64,000 nucleotides of DNA from Spirochaetales bacterium Spiro_02 (GTDB lineage Bacteria; Spirochaetota; Spirochaetia; Sphaerochaetales; Sphaerochaetaceae), in the NCBI GenBank assembly GCA_001604275.1, contig LVBD01000038.1, positions 17,793 through 81,792 of the forward strand, given 5' to 3'. The position numbers and the translations under genes were made by a program. The notes beneath the pieces were generated by a model. It did no database searches. It was not told the DNA's origin and saw only the letters and a program-made list of their open reading frames with translations. How positions within the stretch are numbered: the stretch's first letter is position 1; each line of letters begins with the position of its first letter. This document shows, in pieces, positions 10,009 through 19,982 of the stretch.

Positions 10009-10260
10009 ATGGCACATAAGAAAGGCGGCGGTAGTTCCCGCAACGGACGCGATTCCAATTCCCAGCGCCTTGGCGTCAAGCGCTTCGGCGGCCAGGTCGT
10101 GAAGGGGGGCGAGGTCATCGTCCGCCAGCACGGCACACAGTTCCACCCCGGCGAGAATGCCGGTCTTGGCTCTGACTATACCCTCTATGCCAAAGTTGGC
10201 GGTACCGTAAAATTCCATACCAGGAAGAACCGGAAGTACGTCAGCATTGTCACTGAGTAA
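10009..10260 (+). CDS. rpmA: 50S ribosomal protein L27
   Basis: [29 protein letters not shown]... is the canonical L27 N-terminus. Confidence 0.95.
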   Translation: MAHKKGGGSSRNGRDSNSQRLGVKRFGGQVVKGGEVIVRQHGTQFHPGENAGLGSDYTLYAKVGGTVKFHTRKNRKYVSIVTE

Positions 10261-10299
10261 TATTCAGTGTATCGTGGCTATACGAGGCCAGAGTAACAC

Positions 10300-11400
10300 A
10301 TGTTTGGATTTTCAGACGAAACGTATATAGATGTTGCCTCCGGAAACGGGGGCAACGGTTGCGTTTCCTTCCGAAGGGAAAAGTTCATTCCGAAAGGGGG
10401 GCCGGACGGAGGCGACGGAGGGCGCGGTGGAGACGTCGTGTTCGTCGTCAAGCAGAATCTTCGGACCCTCGGACATCTCAAGATGGTCCGGACCTACCGT
10501 GCCGAGAACGGCAAGCAAGGGGCGGGGCAGCGTTGCTATGGCCGGGACGGAAAGGATGTCGAGATTCCGGTTCCTCCCGGGACGGTGATCAAGAACGCCC
10601 AGACCGGAGAGATCATCAAGGATCTGACCGGCGAGGAGCGATGGGTGTTTCTCAAGGGCGGGCGCGGAGGCCAGGGGAACTGGCATTTCCGTACCGCTAC
10701 CAGACAGACTCCCCGTTTTGCCCAGCCGGGGGAACCCGGACAGGAAATGCGCATCGGCGTCGAGCTGCTGGTCATCGCCGATATCGGATTCGTCGGATTC
10801 CCGAACGCCGGCAAGTCCTCGTTGCTGAATCTGCTGACCAACGCCCGTTCCAAGGTCGCAGGATATCCTTTTACGACGAAAATCCCACAGCTGGGGATGT
10901 TCCGTTACGGCGACCACGACATCGTGCTGGCAGATATTCCGGGAATCATCGAAGGCGCCAGCCAGGGAGCCGGGATGGGATTCAAATTCCTGCGGCATAT
11001 CAGCAGGACCACCGGCCTTGCGTTCCTGATCGATCTGTCCGAGGACAACTACCTCGACGCCTACGACATCCTCTGTGATGAACTGCGCGCCTACGCTCCT
11101 GAACTGCTGGAGAAGGAACAAGTGATCATCGGGACAAAGCTCGATGAACCCGAGGCTCCCGAGCATCTTGAAAAATTGCGGGAAACATATCCCGACAGAG
11201 ATGTGATCGGCATGTCGATTTATATGGACGAAGGGCTGGAAGCCGTCAAGCAGGCATTCATCAGGATGGTCGGCGACGCGGAGAACCCTGCGCTGGCTTC
11301 CCAATATGCCAACCGCGGAGGTTTTTCGTCGGTGCCGGATACCGATGCGTATTATTCGGAAGTTCCGCACGATTCGACTCCGTCTGTCGGCGATTCATGA
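10300..11400 (+). CDS. obg: GTPase Obg/CgtA
   Basis: Glycine-rich Obg fold (GGNGCVSFRREKFIPKGGPDGGDGGRGGDV) plus G-domain motifs GFPNAGKSSLL and DIPGIIEGA. Confidence 0.95.
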   Translation: MFGFSDETYIDVASGNGGNGCVSFRREKFIPKGGPDGGDGGRGGDVVFVVKQNLRTLGHLKMVRTYRAENGKQGAGQRCYGRDGKDVEIPVPPGTVIKNAQTGEIIKDLTGEERWVFLKGGRGGQGNWHFRTATRQTPRFAQPGEPGQEMRIGVELLVIADIGFVGFPNAGKSSLLNLLTNARSKVAGYPFTTKIPQLGMFRYGDHDIVLADIPGIIEGASQGAGMGFKFLRHISRTTGLAFLIDLSEDNYLDAYDILCDELRAYAPELLEKEQVIIGTKLDEPEAPEHLEKLRETYPDRDVIGMSIYMDEGLEAVKQAFIRMVGDAENPALASQYANRGGFSSVPDTDAYYSEVPHDSTPSVGDS

Positions 11401-11410
11401 CGAGCTGCCT

Positions 11411-12079
11411 ATGAACGATGCATCCGATCGAAAGCCGCCGCTTTCAACCGCACTGATCGGCGGGAGCTTCGATCCCGTCCATCTGGGGCATCTGCACCTG
11501 GTGCATTGTGTCGCGACATATACAGGATATGAACGAATTCTTCTGGTGCCGGTGGCTATGAACAATTTTAAACAGAATGGTCACCGTCCCGCACCGCCAG
11601 ACGACCGGCTGGCGATGTTGCGTCTGGCTGTCGATGGATACCGGGAGCTCTATCCTGCGGATCCCCGGTTCGATCTGATAATCGATTCTTGCGAGCTGGA
11701 CCGAGGTGGAGTTTCCTATACGTATGACACCGTCAGATACATCTATGACGCGTATGCCGTCGAAGGGCGGGTAGCCGTCGTGATGGGCGACGATCTGCTG
11801 GAAGGATTGCCGAGGTGGCATCGGTTCGACGAATTGAAGCGGATCGCCGATTTCGTCGTCTGCAAACGGACGGAAGCTTGTGGACATGTTCCGTCGGAAT
11901 TACTTCGCGGGGCACGGATCCGCTATATCGACAATGCGGTTTTCGAAGATTCCGCGACGTTGATTCGCGATCGTCTGGGGGCGTTCCCCGTTCCGGAGGC
12001 GCTGCCGGGGGATGTCGCATCCTTGATGCCAAAGAAGGTCGCCGACTATGTACAGAGCCGACATCTATACAGGACTTGA
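11411..12079 (+). CDS. nadD: Nicotinate-nucleotide adenylyltransferase
   Basis: GGSFDPVHLGHLHL motif. The ORF 11306..12079 is trimmed to the ATG at 11411, just after the obg stop. Confidence 0.88.
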   Translation: MNDASDRKPPLSTALIGGSFDPVHLGHLHLVHCVATYTGYERILLVPVAMNNFKQNGHRPAPPDDRLAMLRLAVDGYRELYPADPRFDLIIDSCELDRGGVSYTYDTVRYIYDAYAVEGRVAVVMGDDLLEGLPRWHRFDELKRIADFVVCKRTEACGHVPSELLRGARIRYIDNAVFEDSATLIRDRLGAFPVPEALPGDVASLMPKKVADYVQSRHLYRT

Positions 12080-12653
12080 ATCGTACGTGGCATCCCAGGT
12101 GAATGGACACCGGTATGCTCATTGCCGCAGTTGCGCCGTAACGATGAAAGCGTTGCTGGACAGATTCCCGAAGTCCTATCGGGACGATCCTGCCGGAAGC
12201 GATGCCGGCATGTATGTCGGGCTCTGGCACGATGTGGCGCGAGGCTGGTCGGATCGGGCTCTGCTGGAGTTCTGTCTGGATCGGAGTCTCCCCATGGAAC
12301 CGGAGGAACGAAATTGTCCGATGCTGCTTCACGGCACGGTGGCCGCCGCGCTGATGCCGGAGCACATACCGGACTGTCCTGAAACATGGATGCGGGCCGT
12401 CCGCTGGCATACGCTGGGGGATATCTCGATGGGGGCGCTGGGACTGGCGATGTATATCACCGACTACCTTGAACCGCTGAGAACGCATATCGATCCTGCT
12501 CGAAGACGATATCTGCTTTCTCTTTCGACCATGGAGGAGATGGGGCTGCGCATCATCGAGGATCAGAATGAATATTTCCGGCGGACTGGCTTGGTCCAGG
12601 CAGAAGCGACGCGTCGTCTGTATCTACATCTGCTGCGGGGAGGTCGCCTATGA
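12048..12653 (+). CDS. yqeK: HD-domain protein YqeK (bis(5'-nucleosyl)-tetraphosphatase family)
   Basis: Has HRYAHC, GLWHDVAR and MLLHGTVAA blocks. It sits in the conserved position after nadD. Confidence 0.78.
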   Translation: MYRADIYTGLESYVASQVNGHRYAHCRSCAVTMKALLDRFPKSYRDDPAGSDAGMYVGLWHDVARGWSDRALLEFCLDRSLPMEPEERNCPMLLHGTVAAALMPEHIPDCPETWMRAVRWHTLGDISMGALGLAMYITDYLEPLRTHIDPARRRYLLSLSTMEEMGLRIIEDQNEYFRRTGLVQAEATRRLYLHLLRGGRL

Positions 12654-13288
12654 AGCGACGCTTCTGCCCCTGTCTACCTATGTCGCTGGCGATCTTGCTC
12701 ATTTCCGTTCCGTTGCTAGTTTCCTGCTTCCGACAGTCCTCGCCGGTATGCCGCTACGGGTGGTTCGCGGGCGAAGCGGTGCTGTTGGTCTCAAGCTCCG
12801 ATGGAAAATCGCTCGTAACGGTCTCGCTTCCAGCGGATGTCGTTGCTGGATATTGGAACTATCTTACGGAAAGCGGTCGAGAGGCGACACTGCAGCAGGC
12901 AATGGTGGAACTGTGCGGGATTCCCGCCGCTGGATATTTCGGCGGAACCGAAACGGATCTTGCACGTATTCGCGATCTATTGGACAGCCTCGCCATCGAG
13001 ACCGGGATCAGCTTGACGGCTTCTCCGACGGCGACGCAGCGAATCCAGGCGCTGGTTTCATACGCCAAGCCCTTGAGAAAAACCGCGATGGTGGATACAC
13101 TGGGAACGCTTTCGGGTATCTCTGCCGCTGACGGGCTGTTCGAAGAATTGGAACGGGTGACATCCTGCGCAGGATATTCTGTAAACGAATTTATTTCGAT
13201 CGATGATACGACGGACTGGCAGGTCATCGGTCCATGGCTGTCGCTGTGGATTCGACAGGCGCTCGCGGCCGTACAGAGGAGTAGGTAA
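12650..13288 (+). CDS. Hypothetical lipoprotein (weakly LCP/LytR-CpsA-Psr-like by eye)
   Basis: Signal peptide with lipobox LLVSC. ATGA overlap with yqeK. The stop is 3 nt before rsfS. Confidence 0.6.
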   Translation: MKRRFCPCLPMSLAILLISVPLLVSCFRQSSPVCRYGWFAGEAVLLVSSSDGKSLVTVSLPADVVAGYWNYLTESGREATLQQAMVELCGIPAAGYFGGTETDLARIRDLLDSLAIETGISLTASPTATQRIQALVSYAKPLRKTAMVDTLGTLSGISAADGLFEELERVTSCAGYSVNEFISIDDTTDWQVIGPWLSLWIRQALAAVQRSR

Positions 13289-13291
13289 TAC

Positions 13292-13630
13292 ATGACAGAA
13301 GAGAGACGTTTGGTCGCGGACCAGATCGCCGCTTTCATTGAAGATCACAAAGGGTCGGATGTCACCGTCATCGATGTTTCCGGCGACTGCAGCTGGGCGG
13401 ATTGCTTCATCATCGCTACGGTAAACAGCGTCGGGCATCTGAAAGGCATCGCCCACGAGCTATGGGGAGAGCTCAATCGGCTTGGCGTGGAGGTAAACAA
13501 CCGACATAAGAATCCGTCTTCCGACGGTTGGGAGCTGATCGACTGCGGCGATATCGTCATCCATCTGATGAGCGCCGAGTTCAGGGAGTTCTATGCGCTT
13601 GAGAAGCTGTGGCAGAAACCGAACCGGTGA
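13292..13630 (+). CDS. rsfS: Ribosome silencing factor RsfS (iojap)
   Basis: Has ...DCFIIATVNSVGHLKGIA... and WELIDCGDIVIHLMSAEFREFYALEKLW. Confidence 0.9.
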   Translation: MTEERRLVADQIAAFIEDHKGSDVTVIDVSGDCSWADCFIIATVNSVGHLKGIAHELWGELNRLGVEVNNRHKNPSSDGWELIDCGDIVIHLMSAEFREFYALEKLWQKPNR

Positions 13631-13681
13631 TTGTCCATTAGTATGTCACCGGTCGGCTGTTCTCATCCGATGTCGGTGCGC

Positions 13682-15151
13682 TCATGTTCTCGGATCATCG
13701 AACAGATGCGGTTCGAAGAACAGGCGCCATGCAACCTCCGCGGCGAGGACCCGTGCCTTGCACCAGAGCACAGGGGAGTCTCCAAAGAATCCCCGATGAA
13801 CAATCCCTTTTCCGATACAGTCCGATAGAATCAGATCGAAATGTTCCGACGGATGGCCGATATGGCGCCGTGACGGCACCTCCGTCCGACTTCCATCCGG
13901 CGTCACGCTGTAGTATGTCGTATGGCTGTCGGTAAGTCGACCGGGGATGTCCAAGTACTCTTCTATCCCATGGATGAATGTGTTGCGGGTGAACGTGACT
14001 CCCAGCAGAAGGATCGTCGCATCCCGATCCAGAAGTTTTCCCCATGAAGAGTTCCTGGCGCACGGAGTATCGCAATGGATGTCGTCGGCCACATATGCGG
14101 CGGCGTCGGCACCGTACGCCGCTACGGAATGGGTGGGATGCCCGCTGCGAAACACATCCGGCCGCTTACGGAACAATTCAGGGAGGATGCCCGTACAACA
14201 TGCGGTTTTTGCGACGAAGAACACGGGATTCTCCGGATTGATCCTGTCCCAAGTATGGGTAGGCAAGACGAGGAGCCCTTGCTTGAAATAGGCCTGCAGG
14301 ACATCAAGCACTGTATCGGCGCCTCCCTCGACCGGCCCGATGCTCCGGCATGAGGAATGGATCAGGATCGTTTCGTCGTTCGGGATGCCCAATGATGCCA
14401 GATCCTTCTGCAATTCTTCCTTCGTATGGGGTGCTTCAGTAGTCGCAGATCGCGGCATCTGCCGACAAGGCGTCGACTGTGGCGATGGAATCCCGACGGC
14501 GGGAACGTCGACGTCGCTCTGCGGCATATCTCCCAGAACATATCCTGCGACAGTCGGGAGAAGTGTCTTTGTCATCATGAGCCGAGCTGCGGCATGCTCC
14601 ATGCTCTGGCTGGGAAACAGCGCCTGGACCAGACCTTTGACGACGGAACGATAACAGCAATCCTCCATCAGACGTTCATACGCATCATCTGAAGTCAGCG
14701 AGTCTGAGAACAGCACGCTCCATGGTGTTGCATGCAGGGCTGTGGCGCAATAGCCTCGGAGATATGGGAGCAAGCCCCGTTGTTGCAATGTTAGGATCAA
14801 GCCGAGATCGGCGCTTTCCGGGAACGCCGCATCCGCTAGGAACAAGGCAACTCCGAAGTGCGCGGCATGCTCCAGCATGGCGACCAGCGATTCGTCGATG
14901 AAATGTTCTGGGGTGTAACCGCAATCCTGTCTGAGCGGAAGATTGACTGCTACTACGATGGCTTTCTCCGGGATATCATGCCGGAGCATCCCTTCGTACG
15001 TCCAGTTTCTTCTTGTGATATATCGCAGTGCCTGTTCCGCAATTTCGGCGCTTCTTGGTACATCTATCGCCGGATGCTCGTGATAGAGGGCGAACACATG
15101 TGTTCCCGCAGGTAGTTCTTGCTCACGTCCGGTTCGCCTTGCGCTTTCCAT
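13682..15151 (-). CDS. Fusion protein: roughly 230-aa domain of unknown function plus an AAC(3)-family N-acetyltransferase domain
   Basis: The C-terminal half carries ILIHSSCRSIGPVEGGADTVLDVL...LVLPTHTW and FRSGHPTHSVAAYG (aminoglycoside 3-N-acetyltransferase fold, YokD-like). The ORF 13682..15268 is trimmed to M40 (15151), downstream of the MATE stop at 15192. An internal Met at 14458 would give a canonical-size AAC(3). Confidence 0.7.
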   Translation of the reverse strand: MESARRTGREQELPAGTHVFALYHEHPAIDVPRSAEIAEQALRYITRRNWTYEGMLRHDIPEKAIVVAVNLPLRQDCGYTPEHFIDESLVAMLEHAAHFGVALFLADAAFPESADLGLILTLQQRGLLPYLRGYCATALHATPWSVLFSDSLTSDDAYERLMEDCCYRSVVKGLVQALFPSQSMEHAAARLMMTKTLLPTVAGYVLGDMPQSDVDVPAVGIPSPQSTPCRQMPRSATTEAPHTKEELQKDLASLGIPNDETILIHSSCRSIGPVEGGADTVLDVLQAYFKQGLLVLPTHTWDRINPENPVFFVAKTACCTGILPELFRKRPDVFRSGHPTHSVAAYGADAAAYVADDIHCDTPCARNSSWGKLLDRDATILLLGVTFTRNTFIHGIEEYLDIPGRLTDSHTTYYSVTPDGSRTEVPSRRHIGHPSEHFDLILSDCIGKGIVHRGFFGDSPVLWCKARVLAAEVAWRLFFEPHLFDDPRT

Positions 15152-15191
15152 ATCCTCGCCTCCATGGATTGGATTCCGGGGGCGACTCGGA

Positions 15192-16559
15192 TCAGATGAC
15201 CCGCTTCGTTTTCCATCCTCCGCGGATAAAGCGCAAACAGAAACAGATGGTGCGGAACCCCCAGTCAATATACATGGCGATCCAGACGCCTTGCAACCCC
15301 ATGCCCATGAATCGCCCGAGCAGATGGCTGCATCCTACGCGGAATATCCACATCGACAGCATCGATACGACCATAGTGTATTTCGCGTCGCCCGCAGCTC
15401 TGAGGAAGTTCGGGATGGTGAACGCAGTCGGCCAGATGAAACAGCTGACGATCAGGCACAGACGGGCGATCTCCACCGCCATAGCTGACGCTTCTTCGCT
15501 GAGATTGAAAACGCCGACCAGTGGCTCGGTGAAAAAGAACAACGGAGCGCAGATGAGCAATACGACCAGGTAGACGGTGAACAGCAGCCGCTTCGCATAG
15601 TAAGTGGCTTGATCGGTATTCTTCGCTCCCACGCACTGACCCACTACGGTAATGGACGCCAAGCCGATCGCATTGCCCGGAACATTCATGAAGCTGGTGA
15701 TGTTGCCGGTGATTGCGTTGGCTGCGAGCGATGCCGTCCCGAATGTCGCGGTAAGGCTCTGGACCATGAGTTTGCCGATGTGGAACGTGCTGTTCTCCAC
15801 CCCGCTTGGAATCCCGATGCGAAGGATCCGCTTGATCATTTCCCCTCGCCATTCAAAGTGGAATAGACGCTGTACGTTGATCGGATGCTTCCTGTTGGAG
15901 ATCATGACAAGCATCACCAGCGCCGCGACGGCCCTGGAGGCAAGCGATGCATATCCGGCGCCGGCCACCCCCATGTCCATGCCATAGATCAGCCAGGCGT
16001 TGCCTCCGATGTTGATGATATTCATGAGCAATGACACGAACATCGACGACTTGCTGTTGCCCATCGATCGGAACAGCGCCGTGCAGGCGTTGAACAGTGC
16101 GAGAAACGGGAATGAGATCAGGATGATCTCGAAATAGATATCCGCATTCGTCATGACATCGGCCTCGATCGAGCCGAATATGAAACGAAGCAACGGTCCG
16201 CGCGTCGGAATCCCGACCATGACCAACGCCACGGATACAATCAATGAAATGTAGACCAGTTGCTTGGCCGCGATGCAAGCCGAGGGTTTGTCCTTTCTGC
16301 CAAGGTACTGGGATGCGACGACGGCGCCTCCCGTAGCGAACGATGCGAAAATCTGGATGAACAGTTGACTGATCGCATCCACGAGTGATACCGCACTGAC
16401 CGCCGCCTCCCCGCAGGTAGCGACCATGACAGTGTCCGCCATTCCGATGGTTACTGCGAGCAACTGCTCTACGACCAGCGGAAAAATGAGTTTCGCCAGG
16501 TACGCTTTGGAGAAAATCAGCGGACTGCCGCCGACCAGCACCTCGTTGTGATGACTCAC
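15192..16559 (-). CDS. MATE-family efflux transporter
   Basis: 455 aa and 12 TM segments. The N-terminus is ...LIFPLVVEQLLAVTIGMADTVMVA..., a typical MatE repeat. Confidence 0.88.
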   Translation of the reverse strand: MSHHNEVLVGGSPLIFSKAYLAKLIFPLVVEQLLAVTIGMADTVMVATCGEAAVSAVSLVDAISQLFIQIFASFATGGAVVASQYLGRKDKPSACIAAKQLVYISLIVSVALVMVGIPTRGPLLRFIFGSIEADVMTNADIYFEIILISFPFLALFNACTALFRSMGNSKSSMFVSLLMNIINIGGNAWLIYGMDMGVAGAGYASLASRAVAALVMLVMISNRKHPINVQRLFHFEWRGEMIKRILRIGIPSGVENSTFHIGKLMVQSLTATFGTASLAANAITGNITSFMNVPGNAIGLASITVVGQCVGAKNTDQATYYAKRLLFTVYLVVLLICAPLFFFTEPLVGVFNLSEEASAMAVEIARLCLIVSCFIWPTAFTIPNFLRAAGDAKYTMVVSMLSMWIFRVGCSHLLGRFMGMGLQGVWIAMYIDWGFRTICFCLRFIRGGWKTKRVI

Positions 16560-16578
16560 GCTACCTCGTTTCGCCGAC

Positions 16579-17367
16579 TTATGTCGTCAGCAGCCCTTCG
16601 TCCGATACGAATTCCTTTTTTCGGATGTCTCTGAACAATTTGACGAGCTTGTCGACTGTCAATTTCTTTTTTTCCGCTCCCGAGATATCCAGGATGATAT
16701 GCCCTTCGTCCATCATGATCAACCGGTTGCCGAACTCGATGGCGAACTTCATGTTGTGGGTGACGGTGAGGGCCGTCAGCTGGTAGCTCGCTATGAACCG
16801 TTCGGTAAGATCCATGACAGTCTGTGCGTTGCGAGGATCGAGTGCCGCGGTGTGTTCGTCAAGCAGAATCATCTTCGGGTGGCTGAGGACCGTCATGAGC
16901 AGCGTAAGGGCCTGCCGCTGGCCTCCGGAAAGGAGTCCGACGTTATCTCTCAGTCGGTCCTGCAGTCCGATCAACTCCAGCTGTTCCCGGAAAAATTCCC
17001 GTTTCTCGGCGTTGAGGCTGATTTTCAAACCCCGCATGCCTTTCGTCAATGCGGTGATCATGTTGTCCTCGATCGTCATGTTCGCCGCGGTTCCCTTCGT
17101 CGGATCCTGGAATATCCGTCCGATGGTCATCGCCCGTTTGTACTCGGGCATATGGGTCACGTCCTTTCCATCAAGAACGATCGTTCCGCTGGTCACCGGA
17201 TATGTCCCGCTGATCAGATTGAACAGTGTGCTTTTTCCCGATCCGTTGCTTCCGATCACGCAGATGACATCCCCCTTGTCCACATGGAGGTTGATATCGT
17301 CCAGCGCCATCTTTTCGTTGACCGTGCCTGGGTAGAAAACCTTCGTCACATTCTGTATGTCAAGCAT
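16579..17367 (-). CDS. ABC transporter ATP-binding protein
   Basis: Walker A GSNGSGKST, signature LSGGQRQ, Walker B ILLDEH. Confidence 0.9.
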   Translation of the reverse strand: MLDIQNVTKVFYPGTVNEKMALDDINLHVDKGDVICVIGSNGSGKSTLFNLISGTYPVTSGTIVLDGKDVTHMPEYKRAMTIGRIFQDPTKGTAANMTIEDNMITALTKGMRGLKISLNAEKREFFREQLELIGLQDRLRDNVGLLSGGQRQALTLLMTVLSHPKMILLDEHTAALDPRNAQTVMDLTERFIASYQLTALTVTHNMKFAIEFGNRLIMMDEGHIILDISGAEKKKLTVDKLVKLFRDIRKKEFVSDEGLLTT

Positions 17368-17370
17368 CTG

Positions 17371-18429
17371 CTACCTCGCCTCCTCGGATGGTCCGTCTGG
17401 CCTTGGTGACCGTATCGTTTCGTTCGTATCGCGCGGTTCATCGGCTTGTCCGTCGACGGCTTGCGAGGCTTTCTGAGCTTCAGCCTCCGCTTCCGCCTGT
17501 CTGTTCGCCATGCTCCTCTGGATCGCTTTCTTTCGCGCCCCCGAGGATGACGCCATGCTTCTGGTCTGGGCGATCAGCAACGAGGCGATGACCAGAATGC
17601 CCGTCAGCAACTTGAAGTCGTTCGGCGTGATGTGGATGAGGTATCCATATTTTCTTCCGAAGAACATCAGCCCCTTATAGATGATCGCCCCGAAAACCGC
17701 CCGTAGCGTGATCAACGAAATCTTGTTCGATGAGAAGAGGAACTCGCCGAGCATGATGGCCGCCAGCCCCTGGACCACCATGCCTTGTCCGAGATTCGCA
17801 TCGGCGAATCCCTGGTACTGTGCCAGCAGACCGCCCGACAACGCGATCAGTCCGTTCGACAGCCCGATTCCGATCAGCTTGAGCACGCTCGGATTCATTC
17901 CTTGGCTGATGATGACCTGTTCGTTCCCTCCTAGAGCTCCGAGCGCGAGCCCCAGATCCGTTCGGAAAAATACGTCGATCAACACTTTGATCACTAGCAC
18001 GAAAATCAACGTCCCGACCAAAGCCGCCCATGCGGAGGGGAGGAATGAAAACGTCTCGGGCATGGACGTATAGATGGTCACTTTGCGCAAAAGCGGTACG
18101 TTCGCCTTGTTGCCGAGTATCCTCAGATTGATGGAATAGAGCATCGTCATGGTCAGGATGCCTGCCAGAAGCCCGGGTACTTTCAGTCTATTGTGGATGG
18201 CCGCAGTGACCATACCCGCCAGCACGCCTGAAAGGAACGCCAGGATCAGCCCTACCGCCACTCCGGCTCCATTGACGATGCACATGGTCGCTACGGCAGC
18301 CCCGGTCGCTACGGAACCGTCGCAAGTCAGATCTGCGAAATCCAGGATTCTGAATGAAATCAAGATACCGAGGACCATGATTGAGAATATCAGGCCATCG
18401 ACGAAAATACCTTCTATCATGTAAACCAC
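17371..18429 (-). CDS. ABC transporter permease with a low-complexity charged C-terminal tail
   Basis: Multi-TM protein adjacent to its ATPase. The tail QAEAEAEAQKASQAVDGQADEPRD... is unusual. Confidence 0.82.
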   Translation of the reverse strand: MVYMIEGIFVDGLIFSIMVLGILISFRILDFADLTCDGSVATGAAVATMCIVNGAGVAVGLILAFLSGVLAGMVTAAIHNRLKVPGLLAGILTMTMLYSINLRILGNKANVPLLRKVTIYTSMPETFSFLPSAWAALVGTLIFVLVIKVLIDVFFRTDLGLALGALGGNEQVIISQGMNPSVLKLIGIGLSNGLIALSGGLLAQYQGFADANLGQGMVVQGLAAIMLGEFLFSSNKISLITLRAVFGAIIYKGLMFFGRKYGYLIHITPNDFKLLTGILVIASLLIAQTRSMASSSGARKKAIQRSMANRQAEAEAEAQKASQAVDGQADEPRDTNETIRSPRPDGPSEEAR

Positions 18430-18536
18430 CCTTTGCGAGTCGATATGCTATCTCTGGTAGCGGAGCATCATATACCATATACACGAAGACCGCCGGCGCT
18501 TGCAACAGCCCGGCGGTCGAATTGTAGCCTGAAAGC

Positions 18537-19559
18537 CTAGTTCTTCTTGATTTGCTTGCCGTCCTGAATGATCACCGCCGCGGAATCTATGAGGGACTGC
18601 GGAATGGTGATTCCCAGTTTCTTCGCCGTATCGAGGTTGAACCAGAGTTCGAAATCGGCGGGATCGGTGAGGAATACGGTTCCGATCTTCCCGGGGGAGG
18701 TTCCGTTGATGACCTGCTCCACCACCTTTCCTGTGGCGACACCAAGGCTGTAGTAGTTGAAGCCCCATGCCACGAGGCAGTCGAGCCCCGATACACCGCT
18801 TGGGTCCGCGCTCATCAGCGGCTTGCCAGCCTTGCTGCACACTTCGTCGACAGCAGGCAGAGCGCTGATCACCGCGTTGTCCGTCGCGATATAGATGGCG
18901 TCCACCCGGTCGATGATCGACTGCGCGGCCATCTTCACTTCGGATGAATTCGCGATCGCCGAGGAGACGAATCCCACGCCGAGTTTTTCGCAGGCGGCTT
19001 TCGCCATTTCCATCAGCACGACGCCGTTCGCTTCGCCGCTCGCATAGATGTTGCCGATCGTCTTGGCTCCGGAGAGTTCCACGAGGAGCTTGATCTGCTC
19101 TTCGACCGGGTTGTTGTCGGAAACTCCGCAGATGTTCGAGTCTGGATCGCCGGCGTATGAATCGGCGAGACCTGCGGAAATCGGATCGGTGACGGCGCTG
19201 AATACTACAGGAGTGTCGGAGAACACTTGGGCGAGCGCCTGGGCGGACGGGGTGGCGATGCCTACGGCGACATCGACATCGTCGTTCTTGAATTTCTGCG
19301 CGATGGAGACTGCGGTCGATACATCGCCGTTGGCGTTCTGGAAATCATATGAGACTGACAGGTCTGTGGTCGCAAGATAGTCCTGCATGCCTACTTCGAC
19401 TGCGTCAAGCGCCGGATGCGCAAGGAGTTTCGATACGCCGATCTTCATGACTTTCGGACCGGATGCCGGGGCGCTTTCCGATGCGCCGCCTGCAAAAAGG
19501 GGAAGGGAGATCGCGACCGACAGGAGCAACACCGTCGAAACGCTCAGGATTTTTTTCAT
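18537..19559 (-). CDS. ABC transporter substrate-binding protein (ABC_sub_bind / TrpX-like family)
   Basis: Signal peptide MKKILSVSTVLLLSVAISLPLFAGG, a periplasmic-binding fold pattern, and the first position in the SBP-permease-ATPase string. Confidence 0.8.
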   Translation of the reverse strand: MKKILSVSTVLLLSVAISLPLFAGGASESAPASGPKVMKIGVSKLLAHPALDAVEVGMQDYLATTDLSVSYDFQNANGDVSTAVSIAQKFKNDDVDVAVGIATPSAQALAQVFSDTPVVFSAVTDPISAGLADSYAGDPDSNICGVSDNNPVEEQIKLLVELSGAKTIGNIYASGEANGVVLMEMAKAACEKLGVGFVSSAIANSSEVKMAAQSIIDRVDAIYIATDNAVISALPAVDEVCSKAGKPLMSADPSGVSGLDCLVAWGFNYYSLGVATGKVVEQVINGTSPGKIGTVFLTDPADFELWFNLDTAKKLGITIPQSLIDSAAVIIQDGKQIKKN

Positions 19560-19612
19560 GACACTACCTCCAAGGATTTTTCAAAGACTGAAGTTTCCTC
19601 CAGATTGGGCAA

Positions 19613-19641
19613 ACTATACAACGGACGATGTGTTTTGTAAA
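19613..19641 (-). promoter_or_regulatory. Sigma70-type promoter candidate for the minus-strand ABC operon
   Basis: On the minus strand: TTTACA (19641-19636), N17, TATAGT (19618-19613), about 55 nt upstream of the SBP start. Confidence 0.45.
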
Positions 19642-19982
19642 TCATACTATGCGTTAATATGAATAAAGATTCAAAAAATATGCATTGATACTCGGAGCAG
19701 AAGAATCTGGTCTCTGACCTGTCCCCCCTTTCCCCCATGCAGAACCCATAGGAGGAGGACGCGGTACATGATATTTCTTATCGAATCCGTGTTATTTGCG
19801 TTTTGTTTCTTTTTACGTCTATTTTTCAATAAAAAGTAACCAAACGGCATGAAATTGTCAAAAATAGCATAAAAATCTCAGTTCTGTTCTATTTTGTCGG
19901 AAAGAAAACGATGATACACTTTCCGTAAGCTGTCGTCCGATGCCTGAGGTCGCACCGGATATTGAGCAAGGAGAGAGTGAAG

